From Mytilus trossulus (Eukaryota), in contig NC_086375.1 of NCBI RefSeq assembly GCF_036588685.1, positions 23,684,001-23,748,000 on the forward strand: a stretch of DNA of 64,000 nt, read 5' to 3'. Of the stretch, positions 13,101 through 25,100 are shown in pieces. Made by a program: the position numbers and the translations under genes. Position 1 is the first letter of the stretch, and every line of letters begins with the position of its first letter. The notes below the pieces were generated by a model that was not told the DNA's origin, did not search any database, and worked only from the letters and a program-made list of their open reading frames with translations.

Positions 13101-16100
13101 TCAGCATTTAGACTATATTTGGTAGGATAAAGCAACCTTGCATAAAGATGCATCAGGGATAGAAGGTCAGCTTCCAATCTAACTTGGGTTGCTGTTACTG
13201 ACATTTGATGCTTCTGAACTTATGACAATATTTTGAACAAGGTGGTAACTAATACTAAATGTAATTTGTCTAACAGGTAACTTTGAACCTCTAGATTATA
13301 TTATTTTTATTTCAGGCAGAGATTCTCACATAATACAGTTGTCTGCTGTCAACAGCCAAAACACAAAATTCAATAGATACATAAAACCAGCTAGACCTAT
13401 ATTACCACAAGCCTCAGAAGTGACTGGTTTGAAGTTTCAGAATGGGAAAATGTACCATGAGGATAGAGAAGTTCAGAGTATTGGAATTTCTAATGCCTTA
13501 AAAGCTTTTATTCTCTTTCTGAAAGAAATTCACAACACTGTACTTGTTGGGCATAACTCCAAAATTTTTGATGTTCCAATATTAATTAATGCACTTGAAA
13601 AAAATGGTCTACTTAATAACTTTATGTCATCAGTGAAAGGATTTATTGACACACTTCCTCTTTTCAAAGAGTGTATACCAAATCAACCATCATATTCACA
13701 GCCAAAAATTTATAACGCTTTATTTGGTGAACTGTATAGTGCTCATGATTCCATGGAAGATGTTGTGGCTCTACGTCGCTTATTTGAGAAAATATCACCT
13801 AGTCTTGTATTGAAATCCAAATTCTCTGGCACTAATGAATCTGTAATGCAGTTGTATCAACACAGAAACTGTACAAAAGGTTTGCTTACAACACTGAGAC
13901 CTCTAACAAATAGCAAAACTATAACGAACTGTATGGCTACGAAAATTGCTAGCAGTGGATTAGGTCTAAGCCATCTTAAACTGGCACATAAAAGAGACAG
14001 ACAACAAGGAATAGAGAATCTATTTACAGAATTATGTGGACATCCATCAAAAGCTCGTGTTACAAAGTCAAAAAAAATAATTCAAGCAACATCAATCTAT
14101 CTGAATGACTTTGAGGAATGAACTATAATACTCATGTATATATAGTTTTATTGACAAAATAGACTACTAAGCTTGATTTTATTTGTAGTTGATTTTTTTT
14201 TACAATATATCAAAATTTAGATGTAAAAAGAAATTGCAACTTGAGTAAGGGCACACCGGTGTCGTAAAATAATGACCACTTAAAGGCAGAAAAATATATC
14301 CTATCATATGGGTAATAAGGGTACTTTTTTTAAAACTTTACAAATCTACTGTACCCTACTTATGCTGTACATAAAAGATTATGATTGCAGACCAAAAGTG
14401 TACAGGGAAGATAACCAAACTTATGTTAGATTTGTTACGATTTATCAACATTTAGATGAAAAAAGAAATTGTAATTGAGTAAGGGCTGTGTCCTAAAATA
14501 ATGACCCCTTAAAGGCAAAAAATTATCCTATCATATGGGTAATAAGGGTACTTTTTATGTTCATTTTTAGCTTGAAATAGGGTAATTGGATGTTTCATTA
14601 AACTTTACACTTCTACTGTACACTACTTAGGCTGTACATAAAAGACTATGATTGCAGACCAAAAGTGTAAATGGAAGATAACCAATGTTATATCTTTAAA
14701 AGGGGGATATTCTCTGTCTCATTCCTAATTTATATAGTGAAAAGGGGGGGGGGTATCTAAATCTTGGGCAAATACCATTAAAATACCAAGAAAGGTCCTG
14801 CTGGATCTTTCTTACCTAACATATACTTTTTTTCTGACTTCAGAAAATAGCAAAAATAAATCATACATCTAGTAAAGCAGAATTATACACACATAAGGGA
14901 ATGTTCGAATATTCAGATTTAAAATTATTTCTTTGGACAAAGATAAAAAATAGAATATTTTATTCCCAATAACTTGGACATAAACTTTCTTAAAACATTT
15001 TAAAAGATAAAATAGTGAAAAGTACGGGAAAATTTTCCCTCCAAATTTCCACTATATAACCAGTCAAAATTTTCCTGCCATCTTTTGGCTTGATTTGAAA
15101 TTTTAGGTTTACAAAATTTATCTTTAGGGCAAAGTTACCACATTTTAAAGGTAAAATCATTTTATACTTTTATTATGTACTGTCTACTGCACCATTATTA
15201 GGTGGACAAACTCATCATAATTTGAGATGGTAAAGTTATATTTTTCCTGTTATTGTAACTTTTTTTCGAAATCATGTACCCATACTTTTTTTTCTGTAAT
15301 AATTTAGCTTACTGTAAAGGCTTTAAGATGATAACAAAAAAAAAGAAGATTAATTATTGCAAATTATATTTTATGTCATATATATGGGCCATGGTTGTTA
15401 TAAAATCAGTGAAAATTTATTAAATTTGGAAATTCTGGAATATCTTATTTGAACAAGTTTGTGTAATCTCATATTTTTTGGTTATTTACTGAATGCTGAT
15501 GCCATTGACATGTGAATACTACCAATAAATCAATTTCCAACAAATGCATTTACTCTTTTTTGTTGATTTTTATCCTTATATCCTTCTTCTACGAATATAC
15601 ACAAATATGGTATATTCAGAGGTCGTTGCCATGGAAACGGTGTCATGTACATGCCAATTTTATTTCATTTTTCTGACAATGGTTATTGTCCCTTTGAGTA
15701 CATACCCTTTTTATGTTACTTTAATTATTATTTTGTCAGGTTCATATCACCTTAATCAATTGAAGTTTACATGTTTATTAATTTACAATAGAAGAATTGT
15801 TACAATAAGCCATTTATCTGGTAATTAAATCATAATAATGCCCCGTTAAACCATTATGTCAGCTGAACATCTGACTTGAACTACAAAATTACGCAATATA
15901 AGTGATTGTTTTGTCACTTAAGTAAAACGTTTAAGGGATAATCTTATTTATAGTATTCAGTTATATAATAGAAAGGAAGGACAATGTGTACAAATTATTG
16001 ATATTTTACTGTGGATTTATGAATATTCATAAGGTACCAGTTTTTATAGATTTTGTCATTAGAGAGAAACCACAAATTTTCGATACTGTACTGGTATACA

Positions 16101-19100
16101 ACAGATACACAGTTTTAGTTCTTTGCTAGAAGCAAATTATGAGACTTCCTCATTGGAATCTTCAACTCACTAATAACTAATACAAAATAAAAATTAAAAG
16201 AGTTGAAAGTTTTTATGAATTTTTCTCTGGGATCACTATCAGTTTGAATAAAAACCTCTAATAATGAATATTTCTGAACTTTTATAAACTTTTATGTTGT
16301 ATCTTTAGCTTGTTTGGTTTCTTGTAAGTATCTGTGTAAATCACAATAATACTATTTTCACGTAAACTTATGACCAACTTGATTCATTGATTTATAGAAG
16401 TGTAATATGTCTCACAATGACAAACTGTTGCAACTATTTCCAATATGCTTCTTCATCTATGTATATTTATATAATCTATGAATCATAAAATTTGAAATTT
16501 TCAATCTTGTATTTGGTTTTACAGCTTTCATGCTTAATTTCCCCCTTTTATGATGTAAAATGCATAAAATATGTTTGATATGCATTTTTATTTTTACGCA
16601 TGATTTGTTTCTTTGAATCAATTCATGTTTTAATATTTATTCAATCTGTTTTAAGGTGTTCAATTTGGCAAAAATTTAAACATGTAATAAAGTAAAATAA
16701 AATTCAACAACTGTAAAAAGGGAGTTCCAAATATTTGTTTTATCACTCTTTTCATAACGGCAAATTAAGCGTTAAGATAAACATCACATAATCAAATGCG
16801 CATCTTGCCTCATAAATTTGAAGAAGAAAAAAAAACAAGAAATAAAAAAAGATCTCTCCACAAAACCACAAAAATTTAAAAACACCAAAAGTCCTTGAAC
16901 ACAGTATTTGCTGGGATACAGTTTGAAACTTGGTTACTATTAAACATCCAATCAAGGAGAGATAACTCATATCAAAGGATTAACATATAATTTGAATGCC
17001 TATATCATTGGTCTGGTTTAAGATGTATGATCTGAAAACTGTGCTAATAATACAATATAAAGCTGGGAAGAATTCTAAAACTGCCAACAACATAGGTCTG
17101 CGTTAGTTCTGTGATCTGAAAACTGCTACTGATAATACAATATAAAGCTGGGAAGAATTCTCAACAGATATCTACTATAAACCCTTAAGATGAACCATGA
17201 TTTCATAACACTTGAATTAGTACGCAAATGACTGCAATTTCAAAGTTATGTAATACAAAATAGACATAAAGATTACTGCAGAGTAGTTCATATATAGTAG
17301 CTATAACTTAATGTATGGACAACTCAAGGGAATGCTTAAAGGAATGCACAATCTTCTTTTCTGATTGATAAGGTTGAAATTTTCATTAAAGATCATTAAA
17401 GCTGTAAAATCACTTATGAATAATTTCACGCTTGATTAGTTTTTATTTAAAAACTTCAATGTTAAGATATTTACTACTGTCAATGAAAAGCAATGCAGTG
17501 AAATCGGACAATAAAATGTAAAAGGATTCCTTCACTCACAAATATTTTATATAATCTGTCACGATTCCAACAAGAGGCTCTTTGCAGCCATGTAAAATTA
17601 CAAGCAGCAGATACATATACTTGAGCATCCAATACCATGGACATGTAATTCCAAATGGTCGATCAGATTCAGAATTTAAGGCAACATGGCAAACACTCAA
17701 AATTTGGGAGGCCTTTAATAGCTTACTTAGTGGTATAGGTTGTGCTCATTGTAGAAGGCTGTAAAATGACCTAAAGTTCTTACAACTTCTTCCTCATTTG
17801 AAATTTGGTGGAGAGTTGTTTCATTGGCAATCTTACCACACATCTTTTTATCTGCCAGTCAATTACAAATATTCAGATAACTCCTATGCTCCAGGTAAGT
17901 TAAAAATTACACTAAAGCACGAAACCTTACCTCCAGGTAATCCAGCTTGGTTAGCTTTCTCTATTCTGTACTGATATACATGTATGGTGAATAGCATATG
18001 TGAGGACTGGCCATCATCGTCTGTAAATAAAAGAAGGGATTTTATATTTCTGCTGTTAATGAATTCATCTCTGAACTCAATTCCTCAAAAGGATTGCATT
18101 TCCCCCATTTCAAACTGTTTTGGTTCTTACACATCTGTGGCTTTCAAATATTCGGCTTTGAGCTTTCCTGATGAAATTATATCCAGAAAAGTGCTTTGAA
18201 CACATAAAATTTATAAAGTGTTTTACTCATTTTTTTTTGTTTCTCCCTGATTAGCAAAGATTGTCATATCCATCTAAACACTCATCAGATAATCCAAGAG
18301 ATCTGACACAATTCTGAATGTCTAACCTAATGGGATTATGCAATATATCATTTTCTATAAAAAAAAAAAATGCTTTCATATCAGCAGATAATTGTTTGTT
18401 TTAATCATATTTCTAAAGAGTAAAGTTGAGAATAGAAATGGGTAATGTGTCAAAGAGAAAACAACCTAGCCAAAGAGCAGAAAACTGTTCAAGGCCACCA
18501 ATGGGACTTGAACACATGTACCCAGAGGCTGGCTAAATATGGCCTTCTCACAAAAATGTGTATTAGGCATTTGATTTAAAAATAGTAACACTAGAATATT
18601 TTTTTTAAAAACTTTTGTACCTAGTCAACTTGACAAGAAAGTGTTCATTTTCTATTGCCATACAGAAAAAAGGAAAAGAAATTGAGAGTTATTTCAAATT
18701 CAAATTTTTAAAATGCAGTAAAAATTCTTTCTCTATTCTTACCAAGAGCAGTTCTTGAGGCCAGTGCTGCATCAAGATAGTAGCATGCTCTCTCAGCAGT
18801 GGGTGCACGTAATTCACTTTGGTTTTCTAGCTGTGTACCACAAATAGGGTCCTCTCTTAGGTATACACCTGGTGAGGTTCCCTGTCCAGATTCAGTACCT
18901 GTTGAAAGATAAACTGAGCAGTTAAAATATGAAAGTAAGACAAAGATGCATTTAAAGGTGATGTGGTGTATACACCGTTGCGACAGCAAACCAATGACAG
19001 ACACAAAAAAAGACAAGGAAAAGGCATCTAGGTTCATACACTATGCAAAGGAAATCATCAGAAGAACAACCTTAGGGGTGAACTCAGGTGCACTAAAAGG

Positions 19101-22100
19101 ATAAACAGTTCTGCTCCACGTGCAGAGCAAGGAAATAAAGTGCTGCAGTTATAAAACATCTTGCATACAAATTCTTACTCTATACTTTAAATATATATAG
19201 ATAGAATTTTAGATTCTTTAAAACAATGGCATTTTGTATGTGGTGTAAAATTAATGGTTTACAATGACTAATATCCATGTTCAAGTTAAAAAAAAAATCC
19301 ATATAAAACTAAAAGAACATTTTTCCAAAGATAGATATTTGTGAAACATTCAGAACAAATTTGCTTAATTAAACTATAAATCAAGAGAGATTTGTTCATC
19401 CGTTTGATCCTGATGCACCAGCTTGAAACTGGAGATTATTTGAAAAGATTTCAATAAATTTGAAAACCTTTATACAAATCCAAATCATTTTTTTATTAAA
19501 ATTTCATATCTATTTCAAATAATTACTATTCAAAAGTAACAATTAGAAGAGCATTTTTAAATTAAATCAATGGCCGCTTTTCACTATGAGTAAACAGCAT
19601 ATTTTTATCATCTGACATCAGTAAATACTGCTTAAAACATTGACATCGAACATTGTCTATTTTTTACAAAGATAAAAGTATTTGTTACTAAACGGTAATT
19701 TCTAATTCCATATTATATAACATTAATAATCAATGCTTTCAATTCAGTTTTTAAAACCATTAATTAAATATGTCAATTTTAATTTACAAGATCGTACTTA
19801 TACCAATACTGCTATTAGTTGGATTTATAAAAGGGCTCGACATGTGATTTTAGTATTCACGTTCATCAACAAAATCAATACAAACTTACTGTAACAAAAT
19901 TACTATCTATGTTTATTATGACAAAATTGACTTTTTCAATTAGGTGTTGAGAAATCTATAAAACTTAAAAAGTTTCTTTCATCTAAGTTTTACAGCTTTT
20001 AATTTTGACTTTTACTCTGTAATTTTCCCCTGAAAGAGTTTTTTGAAAAGATAATTTTCAAATTTCTAATTTCAAGATTAGGCATGCATTTGATTTTGAA
20101 TGTCTCAATTAAGATAAGATTTCAATCAGCCTTATTATCAGGTGATGACAAAATTTAATGCTTTGAACTAACAAGCGATTTTATAAACTTTGTTGAAACC
20201 TAGAAAGTTGGTACATGGATGTTTTCCTTGCCTCACAAGTTCTCAGGTCATTAAAAAATGCATTTTTTGCCAGTATACTTACCAAAATCTGGAACTTTAA
20301 ATTTGATCAATTGGAAAAACTTTACTGCTTTTAACATTTGTAGAAAGACCAGATTCATAATAATGTTTTTTACATTGTAAAAGCTCTTGCTATTAAAACA
20401 AGTCCTGCATCATTCACAGATTTTGGTATTTGTTCATATATAGGACTTGGGACTAAATGGGTATTTTCCATTCTAGAACATAAAAAAATATGAGAACCTA
20501 TCTACTTTTAACTGAAATTACGAATTTATTAAAATAATCCTTACCCTGAGCAACTTCACTCAATAAATCTCTGAGCAATTCTTGTTTTCCAGTTACTTCT
20601 ACTGCTGATACCCTCACTGAGAACCGGGCACCAGTTTTATCCTTTTGTTCATTAATCAAACGAAAAAGCCAGGTAATGGCACTAGGTATTATTCCTAAAG
20701 TCTGGGCTGATTTGTCACTTCCTACAATGGTGTATGATTTTCCTGAAATGAGAAAAATTCAAAATGAAGTTTCAAAAACAAAAAAAGAAATTTGAAGCTA
20801 AACATGCATACAGCTTTTTGATTTTATTCCAAGAATTGCACAAACAGTTTTGAAATTCATGAATCACAAGTGTACTGAAAACAATGAAATCAATTCAGAA
20901 AGCATTGAAATTGTGGTTTTTATCAAAACAAACTTTCAACTTCAACTTCTCAATGAAGGAATTGGCAATGATACTACATCTCTTAAATTCTTATATTTCA
21001 AGACTGACCCTTGAAAAAATTGTTTCTTATTATAAATACCATGGCAATAGTGGTCTTGAAATTTAAGTTTTTTAGCAACTGTGTCGGAGATTAAGGATGA
21101 AAAAACTCAAGTCCTTTTTTATTACTGAACACTTACAGATATTATTTTGAAACTTGAACATATAGATATCACAACAAGCTCTTAAAATCTTAGATGGGTT
21201 TCTACATTTGAACTCTGTATAACTTAGAAGTCAGAGCAATTGATAAATGCAGGCGGAAAAACAAAACAGTAAAAAATTTAACTTTATGACACGAATACAC
21301 TTGAAGATATTAGCATAAAATCTAAACAAACAAATGTGCAACCTTTTTCAAATAATACTCAATTACCTGTACCACAAGGAGTCTATTAAATTGAAGAGTT
21401 TCTAATGATTTGTCAAATACAACTACAAATGACAGAGAAAAAGAACTTTCGTAAATTGATTATCAATCTATTACAAATCTAATGCATTATACCTATTGAC
21501 TAAATTAGGAATATTTAATTTCTTAAAATGTATGACTTCTATAATTTAAAACCATTCATCTTGCTACGAGATAGCACTGCACTAATTTGTACACGACATA
21601 TGTGAGAAAAAAAGTTGGAGCATACTTTACAAATTATTTCAATGCAATGTGAAATTGCACCTTGCATGTTGATTGCTATTTTATTACTAAATTAAAGTGC
21701 AGATTCAAGAAACAATTACGTTAAATGAACTTTGAAAGAAATGTAGGGAAATACATTTTTTTCACTTACTTTTTTTTATTACCTTTTAATCATTTCACTT
21801 ATTGTCTTAGTCTGAGATGCTCTGCCATCTGACCCACTCTTTTTTGGGGCAGAGGGACGTAAGAGCACAGTCCTTAAACATGGGAATCGCCCACCTTAAC
21901 TTGGGCAGAACATTTTCGGTCATGAAATTAAAACAGATCCATTTTTTATTCATTTTTTGCAACTTATATTTCAGTAAAAAATTGCCTCTCAGAAAAGAAA
22001 CAAAAATTCTATTCTATGAAATTTTTTCGCACTTTCTAGTACATAGCCTACACCGTTAGACAATCCTTTTTCTCTTTCAACCGGTTTACTTTGAATTAGA

Positions 22101-25100
22101 TGCTCCTTACAAGCCTGCACATATCTGAAGTTTATACAAGCATAACAAACTTAAAAAGATTTAACAAAGTAAAATGGATATCTTATCCCTAATTATCACT
22201 ACTTATTTGATTATAGAAGTGTACTTGTGCAATAAAACAAACATATATGATAGGGATAAGTCTAATAAGACACCAAATTGATATAAGTACATACTTGTCT
22301 ATACTTCAGTAGTTTAATATACAAATATGGTTATATGATCTTTTATACTTGGTTATTATGGTGGAAAATTGAAAATTTCCCCTTTTTGTAGAAAAAATAT
22401 CAGATTTACTTAATAAAATGGTCATAAATGTGGTTTGGAAAAATAAGAAATTCCCCTTTTTGAGGAAAATATCAGTTACTAAATAAAATGGTCTTGATGT
22501 CATTTAAAGCTTTTTATTCATTTGGTGCTGCATGACTGTCTCATTTATATACGTATCTCAAAAGTTGTTTAATAAGAATTTGAGGCTTGTTGCTTATTGT
22601 GCAGACTGGTCTGCCTAGACTTTTTATATTTTGATTTTTTTACATCTACATATATAAAGAAGGAACAATAATACCAAGAAGTGTTAATATTTGTCGATAT
22701 TCCTTCCTTAAAAAGTGTTAGATTTTAAGATGAGAGTTTTTGTTGCTGATTTTTTTCAAAACATCATTTTTTTAAACAATTTGTTTTGAAAATCTGTATG
22801 CTGATAATATATGCAGAAATGTTTGCCCTAAAACGTGGCACATAATTTGAGGGTGAACAATTACCATATTAAGAGAAGTGGAGAGAACTAGACAATCTGA
22901 AAAGTCATAAAAAGTTTATTAAGGTCTGGTCTTGTGATCATATAACAACACCACCATAAAAAATTTGATATAGACTAGAATTGCCAGCCTAAGTACCTCA
23001 TTTCAAAACTCTTTATATTTATGGAATTCTATCATGTTAGCAACATTATACAAAATTTATGGAAATTATATTCTATATGCGATTGTTTTTTACTCTAGAC
23101 ACGATATTAGCAAGTCTATAAGGCCTAGTTACATATGTTTTACAAATGATGTGAAGGCGGCATCTCTCTACCAATTTACGAAAAGTCAATATGGGCTAGA
23201 GATCACTATTTTGTACAATGTTTCGGTCATATTCAAGATTGTCTTCCGAGTTAAGTTCTGACACTCGATAAAATCTACAAGGACTCAATACAGTGTAAGA
23301 ACAAACTTAATGAATTGTTTGAATAAGACCGAGTGAAAATGAATTTAATGTGTATTATAGAATATTAACAAATCTACGGGGACTTGTTGGATGTTTGTAG
23401 CAATTAGAACAAATCGATGGACTCGAGTGACCTGTCCCTGTACTTAACTAATGCTTCACTTAAATGCAATAGATTAATTTTATTGCAGAACAACTATTGT
23501 GGTATAAATTAATTATTCCCGTCAGGAACAACTCAATGAAGAGAGTAATTCAATCATTTTCTCCTTTTGATGACAAAGACCATTTTAAAACCGCCATATT
23601 CTCCGGCAAAAAATCCAATGCTCTTAACCATGTTTGATTTGATTTAAAAACAATGGAAGCTTGTTGCATCAATATGCATCGTTTGTACATGGTATTTATC
23701 CAATCAAATCTAATTGTTGTAACCATATTTCATTTATTAAATACAAGGGCCTAGCGCTAGGTTAGCTGATAATCAAATTTTGACACATCGCAATGAGATT
23801 GGGAAACGTGACTCATCCTAATGTCTATAACCATACAGGGATGTCCGTCAGAAATGTAAGTTTCATGTCCAGATTAAATCATGTATTCATCTGTTGATCT
23901 CTAGCGTCCAGAACAATACCGCCAATTTACGCCAATCATCAAATTATAATGAAAACTGTGTTTAATCAGAACGGTTACCATCAAGTGCTTTACAGTTTCT
24001 TAACCATAAAGTACATTACGACAATACAATTACCGCGATTCTGTTTCATTTGAATCCAAATTTCATAAGCTTAAGAACAATCCAGACGGTTATTTCCTTT
24101 CTATTGATTGCTGTTGTTTCATGACCAGCGGCTATTTCCTTAGACATGACATTTCAAATGCCAAAGAAAATATATTGTCAGGCTGTTTTTAATTGTAATT
24201 AAATTTTATCAGACCAAAAGACAATGAACTGGAGTAAAAAAAATCATTGTAAGGCCATTGGTATTCTACCTTTTCTTCCTTCTTGGTTAAGAAAATATTG
24301 TAAGCAAGCAGTATTTTATTTTGTATAAACATTAATTTTTTTAGTAAACCAAATTTCTGAATACTTGTTTTTGTTATTAATTTTAATACACCAGATTCAA
24401 TTTAATTTAGGATTTTTTAACCAGAGTTAATATGTAAAATAAAATCTCTAAGCGTAGACAGAAGTCCAAGAGTGAGAAAGCTAACTGGGGTGACCTCAAG
24501 ACCAAAACATATATAATCTTGAAATTTTTGCTTAACATTGTTTTTCTCCTTAAAATAAAAACAAAGTTAGTTTCCTAAACCACATAGATTTGCTGGTATT
24601 AGAAAGTTATTACCGAACACACCGGGGATAAGTCAGAGAAATAATTTTTATTTCTTTCTCTCTCCATGGAATCGTGCCTGGATCTGACCTAAACAGTAGG
24701 AGCCAAACAATGGTACCACATTTAATTACTTTTCCTAATCAGTACCAGTAACTCTACATAGATAAATACCATATCTATTGTGAAACGGATAATATGTAAC
24801 ATATTTTACACAGAAAAACTTGCGACTGGACTTTGCCAAAAATAAAAGCGCAATACTTTGTAGCTGAAAGTCTTGTCAAATCTAACCCAATGTTAAAGCA
24901 AAATATTTTAAACTATATGAGCATGAGAATACAACAATTTTATTCATTTTGCAATTTGGACACTAAGAGTTATTACCCTTGTTGGCATGTAATCTAAATG
25001 AGTTTTTGTATCTTTTATAAGAATTTTTAACATTTCTTTGTTAAATCAATCAATATGACTCTAAAAATGCTTTTTAATATGCAACATATTTGATTTAAAA

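Larger units (their letters stand above)
3572..15751 (+). mobile_element. Full-length Kolobok-type DNA transposon (12,180 bp), apparently autonomous
   Basis: Left end ttaa|GGAGATATGAACCTGACGAA (3572-3591). Right end TTTGTCAGGTTCATATCACC|ttaa (15732-15751; reverse complement GGTGATATGAACCTGACAAA), 18/20 identity. TTAA at 3568-3571 and 15752-15755. RR...YY termini with a TTAA TSD is the Kolobok signature. The ends enclose a transposase gene. Confidence 0.9.

Noticed and set aside
14122-15731. Second accessory gene (KolX-like) expected in classical Kolobok elements
   Set aside because: No convincing ORF or exon chain on either strand here or in intron 1; ORF 15544..15828 is low-complexity and crosses the TIR.
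3572-15751. Classification as piggyBac (TTAA) or as true Mutator
   Set aside because: piggyBac ends are typically CC...GG with a DDD transposase, and Mutator has 9-11-bp TSDs with long TIRs. Here the ends are GG...CC with short TIRs, TTAA and a D-D-DxxH-E core.
2689-15850. Possible outer TTAA-bounded element (ttaaagggg at ~2689 and gccccgttaa at ~15850) enclosing the Kolobok element
   Set aside because: Only about 4 matching bases beyond TTAA; not distinguishable from chance.
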